This document shows, piece after piece, positions 1 through 9,253 of a stretch of 64,000 nt of DNA. The notes beneath the pieces are model-generated. The model had not been told where the DNA came from. It did not search any database and saw only the letters and a program-made list of their open reading frames with translations. A program made the translations under genes and the position numbers. Origin of the DNA: a virus; IMG/VR virus record IMGVR_UViG_3300029288_006769, positions 186,367 to 250,366 of that record. One strand, 5' to 3'. Numbering within the stretch: the stretch's first letter is position 1; each line of letters opens with the position of its first letter.

Positions 1-41
1 TAATCACCATCAAAATTATCAGTTTCAACGATGCGCATAGT

Positions 42-506
42 TTATTCATTTATTTCGATTTTAAAACAGTAAGGCTGATGTATAAGCATACTTACACCAT
101 CTGATGAAACATGATAAAACCCAAGTTTCTCTGGGCCTTCAACGAGATAACATAAATCTTTACGAACATTTGCAACAGTATTTTTTAAAATTCTAAGATT
201 TATAATGTTAATATCAAGTTCTGGAGGAATTATCAGTGTAGGGTTAACCAATTCTTCTATAATTGCACTTATAGCAAGTACTAATTCATCTTTTTTGTAA
301 GCTAAATCAAAACCAGAACACACATTCAGCATTGAAACAAACAAAAAATCTGTATGTATAATTTTTTCAAAATAATCGGGGATAATAATAGGAGTTATAT
401 CGTCACAAAAGCCTGACACTTTTGTGTAGAGCACTGGGATATCTGAAAATTTGTAATAGATTTTTGATTCCTGTTTTGCTAAACATTGCGTATAAAGTTC
501 ACTCAT
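42..506 (-). CDS. hypothetical protein
   Basis: 154-aa minus-strand ORF from the track, same orientation as all neighbours; no recognisable motif. Confidence 0.4.
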   Translation of the reverse strand: MSELYTQCLAKQESKIYYKFSDIPVLYTKVSGFCDDITPIIIPDYFEKIIHTDFLFVSMLNVCSGFDLAYKKDELVLAISAIIEELVNPTLIIPPELDINIINLRILKNTVANVRKDLCYLVEGPEKLGFYHVSSDGVSMLIHQPYCFKIEINE

Positions 507-550
507 ATAACTCCTTTTAGTTTTTTATATCTACAACCTCGTTTAGCATA

Positions 551-590
551 AACAAAAAAGGCGTTTATAGTTATACCTATAGAACGCCCT
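551..590 (-). terminator. rho-independent terminator hairpin
   Basis: GGCGTTCTATAG..CTATAAACGCC stem followed by a T6 run on the minus strand, directly downstream of the flotillin gene; near-identical copy at 2725-2762. Confidence 0.55.
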
Positions 591-612
591 CAATACGCTA
601 GAGAAATTCTCG

Positions 613-2085
613 TTAAACTTTGTCGGTATTTGTTTCGTTTGTACCGTCAAATAAACCTTTGGTGGTCACACCAATTTTGTTTAACAAGCCACTGATATCG
701 AATCCCATTTGACTCATGACTTCCTGGAGCATTCCGAGATTCTTTGGTACCTGACCTGCAAATTTTTGCATACCACTTTGACCATTTGCTGAATCGATAA
801 TAACTACTTTATCAATTGCAGAAAGCGGTTGTGCAGCTTCTCTTACAATTGCAGGGAATTTCTCTAATATGCTTGGTAATTTTTCGAGAATCATCTGAAA
901 TTGTCCTGCATCATCAAGCTGTTTGTAAGCTTCAGCTTTTTTCATAAGACCTTCAGCTTCACCGACGAGTCGGGCTTTTATTGCAGCACCTTCAGCTTCA
1001 CCAATTGCTAAAATTCTTGCGGCTTGTCCTTCACCTTCCAGAACTAATTTGCTCTTTTCGGCTTCAGCATTTTTGATTGTCGCACCTTTTTCACCTTCTG
1101 CTCTAGCAACTCTAGCTGCAGCTTCTTTTTCTGCGGGCACGACTTTTTTTGCTTGTTCTTCTTTTTCAGCAACAAGAATCATTTGTTCTTGAACTGCAAT
1201 GTTCGCTCTTTGACGAGCTTCTTCGATACCAACCTGAGCTTTTGTAACTTCCTGCATTGCTTCAGCTTCTGATCTTGGACCTGCTTGTTCTGCACGTGCT
1301 CTCTCGGCTGCAACCAATGCATCAAATGTTGCTTTTTTCACATCGCGTTCTTTATTAGCTTCAAATGTGAGAGCATCATTTTGTGCAGCAACAACATTTC
1401 CGTCTTTTTGAGCTGTAGTAGCTTGTTGTTTGGCTTCCTTGTCAGCATTTGCTTGACCAATAGAAGCGTCTCTCATAACTTCAGCAGTACGTTTCTTACC
1501 TAAAGATTCGATATACCCTGCATCATCAGTGATACTTTGAATATTTAAGATATCAATTCCCACACCAATTTTTCCAAGCTCGCCATCAGCTTCGGATTTT
1601 ACCTTGTTATTAAGAGCTTCACGATCTTTTATCAACTGTTCAATAGACATAGTACCAATTACAGAACGTAATTGGCCTTCAAGGTTTTCTTGAACTGTTA
1701 TATGGATGTCATTATCTTTTTTTCCCAAAAATCTTTCAACAGCAGCATTGAGCGATGCTTGATCGCTTTTAATTTTGCATGTTGCGACTGCATCAATGTT
1801 CACTTTGACGCCATCTAAGTTAGGGATCCCTTTAAGAGGCATTTTCAATTGAAAAGCCGCCATATCCATAACTTGATAGTCTTCAATAACGGGCCATTTG
1901 AATTTTGCACCGCCGGTTACAACAACAAAACCCTTGTCCAGATGTTTTCTTCCGAAAAACACTGCAGCTTTGTTAGGTGGTACTTTGATGTAATTTTTTG
2001 CAAGTAATGCAATTACAACAATTAATGCAACAACGGCTCCGACAACAACAATTAATGGTAAAATTTTTGAAAAATCAAAACCCAT
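613..2085 (-). CDS. flotillin-like SPFH/band-7 protein (YqiK/FloA family)
   Basis: N-terminal TM helix, SPFH domain, then a long Ala/Glu-rich coiled-coil flotillin repeat region; strong RBS AAGGAGATTAAAATG. Confidence 0.85.
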   Translation of the reverse strand: MGFDFSKILPLIVVVGAVVALIVVIALLAKNYIKVPPNKAAVFFGRKHLDKGFVVVTGGAKFKWPVIEDYQVMDMAAFQLKMPLKGIPNLDGVKVNIDAVATCKIKSDQASLNAAVERFLGKKDNDIHITVQENLEGQLRSVIGTMSIEQLIKDREALNNKVKSEADGELGKIGVGIDILNIQSITDDAGYIESLGKKRTAEVMRDASIGQANADKEAKQQATTAQKDGNVVAAQNDALTFEANKERDVKKATFDALVAAERARAEQAGPRSEAEAMQEVTKAQVGIEEARQRANIAVQEQMILVAEKEEQAKKVVPAEKEAAARVARAEGEKGATIKNAEAEKSKLVLEGEGQAARILAIGEAEGAAIKARLVGEAEGLMKKAEAYKQLDDAGQFQMILEKLPSILEKFPAIVREAAQPLSAIDKVVIIDSANGQSGMQKFAGQVPKNLGMLQEVMSQMGFDISGLLNKIGVTTKGLFDGTNETNTDKV

Positions 2086-2086
2086 T

Positions 2087-2653
2087 TTAATCTCCTTTTA
2101 AAGGCTTGACTATGCCAATATTTCCCGATACTCTAATGATTTCGACAATAGTACCCGAAGTAATTTGACACTCATTGTCTGATTGTACATCTAAAGAACG
2201 AACCTGTCCGTCAATTTCTGCAGTTATTTCTCCTGTTCCATGTTGGGGTATACCAACTCGTAAAGATGTTTTTAGACCAATAAATTTTTCGTTAGAAAAA
2301 AGCGAGGAAGATTGTTGTGACAAAAAGAATTTTATTATATACCAAGCACCTAACCCGATAAGTGAGCCTGAAAATAATCCAATTATTCCATCAACAAAAA
2401 GTTTCAAACTAACAAATTTTATTGCAAGGGTTAACCAACTATGTGATACGATTGCACCCATTCCAAAACCTACAAGAAAACATGATATGACCTTTGCAGA
2501 AAAAAAACTTGGGCTTATTGTGTGATCAACGCTGTGATCGAGCTCGATATGATGCTCTACATCGAAATGATCAAACCCGAAGACGAACGAAGTAAGCAAA
2601 AAAACGAAACCAGTTAAAAAAACACATAGATAGACAATTATAGCTGTATCCAT
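2087..2653 (-). CDS. NfeD-like membrane protein (YqiJ-like)
   Basis: multi-TM N-terminus plus C-terminal beta-barrel-like segment; 1-nt gap to the flotillin gene, the classic nfeD-flotillin operon; RBS GAAGGAAATATG. Confidence 0.7.
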   Translation of the reverse strand: MDTAIIVYLCVFLTGFVFLLTSFVFGFDHFDVEHHIELDHSVDHTISPSFFSAKVISCFLVGFGMGAIVSHSWLTLAIKFVSLKLFVDGIIGLFSGSLIGLGAWYIIKFFLSQQSSSLFSNEKFIGLKTSLRVGIPQHGTGEITAEIDGQVRSLDVQSDNECQITSGTIVEIIRVSGNIGIVKPLKGD

Positions 2654-2724
2654 ATTTCCTTCTTTCGTTAAAATTCTGTCTCATTGACACATTAAATTTA
2701 TATATTTAAGACTTTGTCTAGCAT

Positions 2725-2762
2725 ACAAAAAAGGCGTTTTATAGTTTCCTATAGAACGCCCA
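2725..2762 (-). terminator. rho-independent terminator hairpin (second copy)
   Basis: GGGCGTTCTATAGGAAACTATAAAACGCC plus a T-run on the minus strand; almost identical to the 551-590 hairpin. Confidence 0.55.
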
Positions 2763-2795
2763 AAGATGCTAAAAAGTTTCTTCTGTGACTTGCTT

Positions 2796-3047
2796 CTATT
2801 GTTTATTTAGAAGTTCTGTCAGTTTCTGTATTAGAGAGTTAGCAATGACTCCTTCAGCAGCTAGATCTCCTGCTGTATCAATTATACCTTCTATTGTGCC
2901 GGACAAATCTTGAGTTTTGCCGTCTGTTGTAGGAATCGTGACGACAAATTGGCCAGGCTTTCTTGATTTTTGTATCAAGATTTCCTCTGATGCAGTTACA
3001 AGAGAATCAAGAAAAGCTGACTCGTCAAATCTTGCTATCTTTTGCAT
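2796..3047 (-). CDS. hypothetical small protein
   Basis: 83-aa ORF with RBS GGGAGAAATATG. Confidence 0.5.
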   Translation of the reverse strand: MQKIARFDESAFLDSLVTASEEILIQKSRKPGQFVVTIPTTDGKTQDLSGTIEGIIDTAGDLAAEGVIANSLIQKLTELLNKQ

Positions 3048-3091
3048 ATTTCTCCCATCTTAAAAGTTTTTTCTGGAATAAATTACAGAGA

Positions 3092-3109
3092 TATAAAAAC
3101 AATACAAAT
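3092..3109 (-). promoter_or_regulatory. conserved 18-nt upstream motif (candidate phage promoter)
   Basis: plus-strand TATAAAAACAATACAAAT (minus-strand ATTTGTATTGTTTTTATA) 45-62 nt upstream of the 3047 start codon; identical 18-mer 41-58 nt upstream of the gene starting at 9129. Confidence 0.3.
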
Positions 3110-3223
3110 TATTGTTTTGTTCTCAATTTCTTTGATTTGCGGCATTGGTTACGGTTTGAACATTTCCCAGTCTCAAGTTCTAACATATAGACACACATCC
3201 ATTTTTCACCAAAGCACTTAGGT

Positions 3224-5065
3224 CTATTGATTTTCATTTTTTAATCTTCTGATAATCATACTTGACGCCGTAGATTCCTTTATAGTAATTGCTCTTTTCC
3301 ATTTATTTTTAAGTTTCCACCAGACAATTGCTTTCTGTATTTTATTCTTATTATGATCGTTCAATTCCCATTTCAATTGACCTGCAATCATTTTTGCAAA
3401 TTCGTCCTCGAGTTCTTTTTCTTTTGATTTTATTTTTCTTATCCAAAATAGTGTCGGGAGTATTCGCAAATAATTCTTACGATCAATGCGACTTTTCATA
3501 TAATAGTCAGCATCTTCTATAGAAACTTCATCAAAATTGACGACTTCATCACTATATAAATACCAAGGTACTCTTCTTTTCCGTTCTTTTTCTTCAAATG
3601 TCACAGGATCCCAAATCGTATCACCAGGTTTGTACCGTATTAAAATGGAAGTACCTTCCGGGAAATATTCCTTGGGCGATTCGCTTTTGAATGATTCTAC
3701 AACATAACAATAGTCTCTATATGGCGGGCAACTTGGCCGGAAAGGAGAACAACGCCATCTGTCATTATCTTTAGAAGAGAAACTGAAATAATTTTTTTGT
3801 GTAGAAATACATATTCTTGAGCCTAAATGAATTGTGCTCCTGTTATTCTTTAGATATTCGGACCAGCCAAGTCTACCATTACCTATCCAAAATTCTGTTT
3901 CGGCATCTCTTATAAATTTTACATGTTCATCCATATCGCTTCGAGGAGTCATTAAATTGACACCATGTTCTCTTAAATAAGTCCCTAGAATATCAGTTCG
4001 TTCAATCATGCCTTGGATTGCAATCAAACCATAGAGATAATTTTCATGTTTCCGTTGCAATTTTTCTTTGACATGTTTTTCACCCCATCTTTTTTCTGAA
4101 TTGACAAGATTTACATATTCATTTTTTTCAGGGAACAACAAATCACTTATACTAATATCGCTCCAGATTCGATAAAGTTTCGAACCATTGCGTATGAGAA
4201 AGTATGTCTGTTTGTTCCATTGATTGAATTGAACGTTGAGAAATTTGTCGCTATACTCTTTTTCATTACGACGCACTTGCCAAGCAACAACAGACAGGGG
4301 TTCATAAGCGAATGTTTTATAATTTTTCGCAATCCATTTATCGAATTGTTCAATGTCTTGGAAATCAAGACCTTGACCATCAGAATCATCCCAGATTCCA
4401 ACTTCTTCATCCATAAAAAGTTTTTGTTGAAATAAACTCAATGGTGTTCCAGAAGGAGCAGATTCTCCATCTGCTATCTGTACAATCTCTTCATGTAGTC
4501 CAAGATATGTTTCGATGATATATATGATTTTTTGTTTTTGCTTAAGCTCATCTTTAAGAATAGACATAGCCTGATTCATTTCGCTCATCATTTTTTCAAG
4601 TTCAGCTTTTCGACGAGCTATTTCGTCATGTTTTGCTCTGAGTTCGACTTTTGAATTAACTCTAGAAAGAGATTCAGCACTTGTTATGACAGGTAAAGTT
4701 TCTTGATTTTCTAGATTTTTACCTGGAATTTTGGGAGCTTCAAGCAAGTTTTTTTGTGGTATAAATTGACTAAAATCGACATTGATACATTCTTGTAAAC
4801 CGATTGTACCTATTCTTTTGTCTTGATCATCAAATATAGGAATTTTAGGGTCTGGAATTTTAAATTGATAAGAATATCTTGATAAGTCGCTATCATAGTC
4901 ACTTTCAAAACATCCTTCAGCATCTTTTTTAACATAAATCGGATCGACATATTTTTCTGGAAATAATACTGAAACTTTAAAAATTTTTATTGCATGATCA
5001 AAGTTTTTAGCCTCAATTAAAATATGTCTTTCATAAATATCATGTCGACCGAAACAAAACTTCAT
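3224..5065 (-). CDS. large hypothetical protein, N-terminal coiled coil and W/Cys-rich C-terminal domain
   Basis: 613-aa ORF, RBS AGGGGGGTGAACTATG; coiled-coil segment around residues 140-190; no motif I can name. Confidence 0.55.
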   Translation of the reverse strand: MKFCFGRHDIYERHILIEAKNFDHAIKIFKVSVLFPEKYVDPIYVKKDAEGCFESDYDSDLSRYSYQFKIPDPKIPIFDDQDKRIGTIGLQECINVDFSQFIPQKNLLEAPKIPGKNLENQETLPVITSAESLSRVNSKVELRAKHDEIARRKAELEKMMSEMNQAMSILKDELKQKQKIIYIIETYLGLHEEIVQIADGESAPSGTPLSLFQQKLFMDEEVGIWDDSDGQGLDFQDIEQFDKWIAKNYKTFAYEPLSVVAWQVRRNEKEYSDKFLNVQFNQWNKQTYFLIRNGSKLYRIWSDISISDLLFPEKNEYVNLVNSEKRWGEKHVKEKLQRKHENYLYGLIAIQGMIERTDILGTYLREHGVNLMTPRSDMDEHVKFIRDAETEFWIGNGRLGWSEYLKNNRSTIHLGSRICISTQKNYFSFSSKDNDRWRCSPFRPSCPPYRDYCYVVESFKSESPKEYFPEGTSILIRYKPGDTIWDPVTFEEKERKRRVPWYLYSDEVVNFDEVSIEDADYYMKSRIDRKNYLRILPTLFWIRKIKSKEKELEDEFAKMIAGQLKWELNDHNKNKIQKAIVWWKLKNKWKRAITIKESTASSMIIRRLKNENQ

Positions 5066-5215
5066 AGTTCACCCCCCTAAGAAATTAGGCTATTATATCT
5101 TAGGTTATATAGAACTATGCCAATAATGATCTATGGTGATTCAATTAGAATGTGCTAGACCGTGTCGTAGAAACAAACGTTAAACAACTCAACCCCATAT
5201 TTAATTGTTTAAAAC

Positions 5216-5833
5216 TTATTCAGGAAGCACTTGAATGATATCTCTCAATGCTTCGTTGATTGTAAGCAATTCAGTAGGACCACCTTCTTGGATTTCAGTG
5301 ATTCTCTGATTTGCTCTGTCAAGCAAAGCTTGTTTCTTGACGCAGGCAACTTTCATAGCAACCTGTAGATGACCCTTGACAAGTTCTACATCAACATTGC
5401 GTTGAAGAGCTGCAATGCCAATCGGGAAAAGACCATCAATAGAACATGTATCGACGGCATTGAGAAGGAGATTAGCACATACGTCAGCACCACAAGAAGC
5501 AATAGCTTGAATTCTATTTGTTTCTTCATTATGGCCATGACACATGCGTGCCCAGACAGTGTAACTATTTGGCGGGACTTCAACTTCAACATGGAATATT
5601 TTTTTACCAGTTACAGGGAGAATTTTAATTCTTGTTGCTCCCATGTAGTTGGGTAAAAGTGTTGCTGAGGCAACATGAGGATTTCTTGCCAAGATTCTCT
5701 GACAGACATCGGGATCTTTGTCTATCAGATATATCCCAGAGCAAGACACTAATACTAAATCCATTCTCCAAGCACTGCTAAGGACTTGACAATTCTTGTC
5801 CTTAACCCAGACGTTAAGTAATGCGTATGACAT
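5216..5833 (-). CDS. hypothetical Cys/His-rich protein
   Basis: start placed at the internal Met (MSYALL) because AAAGGAGTCATCATG is a strong RBS; contains CHGHNEE and several conserved-looking Cys. Confidence 0.5.
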   Translation of the reverse strand: MSYALLNVWVKDKNCQVLSSAWRMDLVLVSCSGIYLIDKDPDVCQRILARNPHVASATLLPNYMGATRIKILPVTGKKIFHVEVEVPPNSYTVWARMCHGHNEETNRIQAIASCGADVCANLLLNAVDTCSIDGLFPIGIAALQRNVDVELVKGHLQVAMKVACVKKQALLDRANQRITEIQEGGPTELLTINEALRDIIQVLPE

Positions 5834-5917
5834 GATGACTCCTTTTGATGGGGTTGAGTCAGCTTGATATTTTATAATAATAAACACAAAAAATGAAATA
5901 AAATTATTCTAGATATT

Positions 5918-6592
5918 CTAAACTAAAGTAGCAGCTGTAAATGACATTAAAGACCCGTAATAAAGAATATTATTAAGTGTATGATTTATTTTGTAATTGT
6001 TTAAGACTAAGTTGTTCAATAATGCTTCATTAGCAACTTGAGCATCTGTAAAGAAAAATAAAGTCGTGCCTATAGATGTAAATATTGCAACAGCAATATT
6101 GCCGTCTAAAAATAAAACATAGGATCTCCACACACTACAAAGTATGACAAGTAGATAGATAGGGACCAGTATCCCCATTATACCTTTTATTTTCCCTAAA
6201 AACAACATTGTGAAGATATATAAACCAAAAGCATATACTGCAAGCCCTATGCATATAGAATAACTTGAAAATGTCGGCTCGTGTATAAAGAAATTTATTG
6301 AGTTCAATATATGACATGCAAGAAAAGCAATTAGTCCAGCCATTAAATTTTTAATTATCAATAAATCTCCAATTAGAGCACAAAGTAGCATGAAATAAAT
6401 AAGAAAAGTAAAAAGCGAAATTTCTTCTGATAGCGATATAATTAGCAAGGGTATTAGAATTAGAATAGTCCGCCATAATTTTTGTTTTGAAATATCCCAG
6501 TCTTCGTATGGTTTGTAGACATAGTCAAGAATCGAGAACACGACGACAAGTGCAGCATTAACACCAAGCAAATACCATTGTATGTAAGTCAT
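5918..6592 (-). CDS. polytopic membrane protein (possibly YhhN-like)
   Basis: 224 aa with about 7 hydrophobic helices. Confidence 0.5.
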   Translation of the reverse strand: MTYIQWYLLGVNAALVVVFSILDYVYKPYEDWDISKQKLWRTILILIPLLIISLSEEISLFTFLIYFMLLCALIGDLLIIKNLMAGLIAFLACHILNSINFFIHEPTFSSYSICIGLAVYAFGLYIFTMLFLGKIKGIMGILVPIYLLVILCSVWRSYVLFLDGNIAVAIFTSIGTTLFFFTDAQVANEALLNNLVLNNYKINHTLNNILYYGSLMSFTAATLV

Positions 6593-6603
6593 TAAAAATT
6601 CTC

Positions 6604-7119
6604 TTATGGATATATTCTGTGAGTTCCTAAATATCTGGGCGTATAACCTTCATTTGCAATTTCAGACATTTTTTCATCGATGTCCTGAAGGTCTTTCTTG
6701 CTAAGTAAATCTGTAACATCAATATCACCAAAATATACTTTGAATTCTATTCCTAAGGAAGAATATTCATCGCCTCTGCTATCTATATATGGATCTGAAT
6801 AAGTATCTGTTATTTCAGCTTTAACAGGAACTTCAAATTCATCTTTTTCATTTTCTTTAAGATCATTTTTTTTCTTGTCAGTATAATAATCGATTACCCA
6901 ATCAGCTCCTTCACGAGAATATGGTTTTAAAGGCGAAACATCACAGGTCCCATCCTCATCTTCTTTTATATCAGCTACTTTTTTATCTTTCAAAAAAATA
7001 GCATTGTCTTTATAGACAAAAGGAATAACGACTTCGAAAATATCGTCATCATTTTTTCTTGATTTCATGTCTGTTGCAAGAATTTTGCAAATAGAACACA
7101 GTTCTGAATGTCTATGCAT
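6604..7119 (-). CDS. hypothetical acidic protein
   Basis: 171 aa, strongly Asp/Glu rich. Confidence 0.5.
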   Translation of the reverse strand: MHRHSELCSICKILATDMKSRKNDDDIFEVVIPFVYKDNAIFLKDKKVADIKEDEDGTCDVSPLKPYSREGADWVIDYYTDKKKNDLKENEKDEFEVPVKAEITDTYSDPYIDSRGDEYSSLGIEFKVYFGDIDVTDLLSKKDLQDIDEKMSEIANEGYTPRYLGTHRIYP

Positions 7120-7121
7120 AA

Positions 7122-7292
7122 TTAGTCCATCCTATACAGTTCTTTATCTAGTTCAGCAAAGTCGACAGGTTTGCCTGCAATGCCTTTAGCAAGATTTTTC
7201 GCTGATTCATCTATCATTTGTAGCGTATTTGCCGAAATCTGATCGAGCGCCTGTATTGTAGACTTCACATCGGTTTTTCTGTTATCTTTCAT
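7122..7292 (-). CDS. small ORF translationally coupled to the upstream protease gene
   Basis: 56-aa ORF MKDNRKTDVKSTIQALDQ...; its ATG overlaps the protease stop (ATGA); not in the track because it is under 60 aa. Confidence 0.35.
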   Translation of the reverse strand: MKDNRKTDVKSTIQALDQISANTLQMIDESAKNLAKGIAGKPVDFAELDKELYRMD

Positions 7293-8296
7293 AATGTACA
7301 ACCAAAAGCATTGAAAACATTATTTATTCTATTTACTATAGTAGTTGTGTCACTACCAGCAAATAAAAGACCTACAAGATAAGTACCCGAACAAACTGCT
7401 GAACCACTATCTCCGGGTTGACTAAACGAACCTTCTGAAGATGTTATTGATATTTGATCACTAAAAATAGCGGTCTTGTTTGTCCCATAACTTACTTGTG
7501 TTGTTACATCAATCTGATCAACTACACCTTTTGTGTATCCTGTTGTTCTACCCTGCTTATGAACTTCCATTCCTAATTCTATCTCTTTAACTCCAATAAT
7601 AGGGCCGATTCCTCTTATTTCTTGCAATACATCAGCTTCATTTAATGGCTTTGCAAGAGCAGCATCGACTAAATTTGTTGTTGCTTCTAAACTATAAGCT
7701 TTCAAACGGCTTTTTCTACCTAGAATAAATGAAAGGAAATTAAGAAAACCTGCACTACCTGTAGCAATAGGACAGTCAGTTCCTTGTAAACCATTTTCAA
7801 TAAAATTTACAGGTACAAATTCACTAAGTGTTCCAATTTGGTCTTTTTCAGTTCCTTTATCATAAGGCCCTGGTTGCAGTATTGCATCCCCTACTTTACC
7901 ATCATTACTATTTGCAAGTACATGATTGTTAGAAAGAATCATTAATTGTCCGTTTTTTCGAACAACACACCCAAGCGTGCCAGCTGTAATAGCATAATGT
8001 CCAATACTATCACCACCTAATGCTGGTCTCTGTTTTGTTGTATTGCTTTGAGCTTTTATGATTCCTGTTTGTACAACATCTGTGGGTATACCATTTATCT
8101 GCTCTGGGATAAGATCTTTTTCGGATAGTGATTCTTTGGTCTTCTTTTGTTCGACTGAACAAATAATAGAAAGTTTGTCGGTCTTTTTACCTTTAGAAGT
8201 CTTATAACCAATACCTAGACTTACAACATTGGCTTTCGACAATAAAACTTTTTTCGAAGCAACATCAAATCCTTTTCGAACATCATTGATATGCAT
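7289..8296 (-). CDS. trypsin-like (S1 family) serine protease
   Basis: GDSGSAV catalytic-Ser motif and an NHV His region; start moved to Met10 because of the RBS AAAGGAGACTATATG. Confidence 0.7.
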   Translation of the reverse strand: MHINDVRKGFDVASKKVLLSKANVVSLGIGYKTSKGKKTDKLSIICSVEQKKTKESLSEKDLIPEQINGIPTDVVQTGIIKAQSNTTKQRPALGGDSIGHYAITAGTLGCVVRKNGQLMILSNNHVLANSNDGKVGDAILQPGPYDKGTEKDQIGTLSEFVPVNFIENGLQGTDCPIATGSAGFLNFLSFILGRKSRLKAYSLEATTNLVDAALAKPLNEADVLQEIRGIGPIIGVKEIELGMEVHKQGRTTGYTKGVVDQIDVTTQVSYGTNKTAIFSDQISITSSEGSFSQPGDSGSAVCSGTYLVGLLFAGSDTTTIVNRINNVFNAFGCTL

Positions 8297-8340
8297 ATAG
8301 TCTCCTTTTTGAATGCATAACAAGATGTCTTATAAAAACT

Positions 8341-9129
8341 TTAAACAATCCTATCTGCTGAACCTAGTTTTGTGACATTATCGTCTACAATTCCTTGTAG
8401 AACAGAATCTGTAACTAAATTTCCAGATGATTGCACTGAGGCATTTATTGCTGCAAAGGATGTCATAGCTAAAGTATATTCATCTGGGTTCAACAAAGCT
8501 TTTGCTGCCCAAGATCTTCTGTCACTGTTATTGAGAGCGGCTACATAAGCGTCTCGTGTTGTCAAATATGTATTTACCAAATTTGTCACCATAGTCAACG
8601 TATTAGAACTTATTGATGCTATAATATTGCTTTCGGATGCAGCTGAATCTGCAATTGTAATATTTTGTCCTATGACAAATATTGAGCCGTCAGTGACAGC
8701 AACATCTTTTTGATTAGCATTAGCGTTGCCTGTAAGAGTAGAAACAGGTACAGCTTCTGAAAAAATTGAATTAGCTGCAATTATGATAGCAGAACGAATT
8801 CTTTTTCGTATTTCTGTTGATTCATAAATTTTGCTTATTGATATCAGTGTGTCTGTACCTACAACATTGTTATCAACATCATTTTTGCTTTCATTCAACA
8901 GATAATAAGCAGCTTCGCCACTCACACCTTCATTATAGACAACAAAATCAACATACTTGCTATTGACTACTGGTTTTATGCTTTTTTCTGAGTTGCCTGT
9001 CTCATAGACAAGCATAGAATAATGATTTATAGTCGTAGGTATATTGTTGTCATTTCTTTTACTACGAAAAGGACTTCCAACAAAAGTATAAAATGCAGTG
9101 ATCTCAGCAATAATTTCATTTTTTGTCAT
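8341..9129 (-). CDS. Ser/Thr/Asn/Ala-rich hypothetical protein (possible surface or structural protein)
   Basis: start at the internal Met (MTKNEII) with RBS GAAGGAATAACATTTATG; low-complexity beta-rich composition. Confidence 0.5.
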   Translation of the reverse strand: MTKNEIIAEITAFYTFVGSPFRSKRNDNNIPTTINHYSMLVYETGNSEKSIKPVVNSKYVDFVVYNEGVSGEAAYYLLNESKNDVDNNVVGTDTLISISKIYESTEIRKRIRSAIIIAANSIFSEAVPVSTLTGNANANQKDVAVTDGSIFVIGQNITIADSAASESNIIASISSNTLTMVTNLVNTYLTTRDAYVAALNNSDRRSWAAKALLNPDEYTLAMTSFAAINASVQSSGNLVTDSVLQGIVDDNVTKLGSADRIV

Positions 9130-9169
9130 AAATGTTATTCCTTCGAAGATGTGCGTAGAAAATGGGGAG

Positions 9170-9187
9170 TATAAAAACAATACAAAT
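9170..9187 (-). promoter_or_regulatory. second copy of the conserved 18-nt upstream motif
   Basis: identical TATAAAAACAATACAAAT at the same distance from a start codon as the 3092-3109 copy; direct repeats TAACTATTTCAT x2 lie just upstream at 9211-9243. Confidence 0.3.
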
Positions 9188-9253
9188 ATCAAAGCTAGAT
9201 AACTATTTCATAAGTTGTCTAACTATTTCATGCTATTGATGCAAGATGATGTC

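Noticed and set aside
5834-5887. N-terminal extensions of several track ORFs (5216-5887, 7289-8323, 8341-9192, 15101-16039, 16313-16894)
   Set aside because: Internal Met codons preceded by strong AGGAG-type RBSs at the correct spacing give more plausible starts. For 16313 the internal start also yields a lipoprotein signal. The longer forms would overlap upstream genes extensively.
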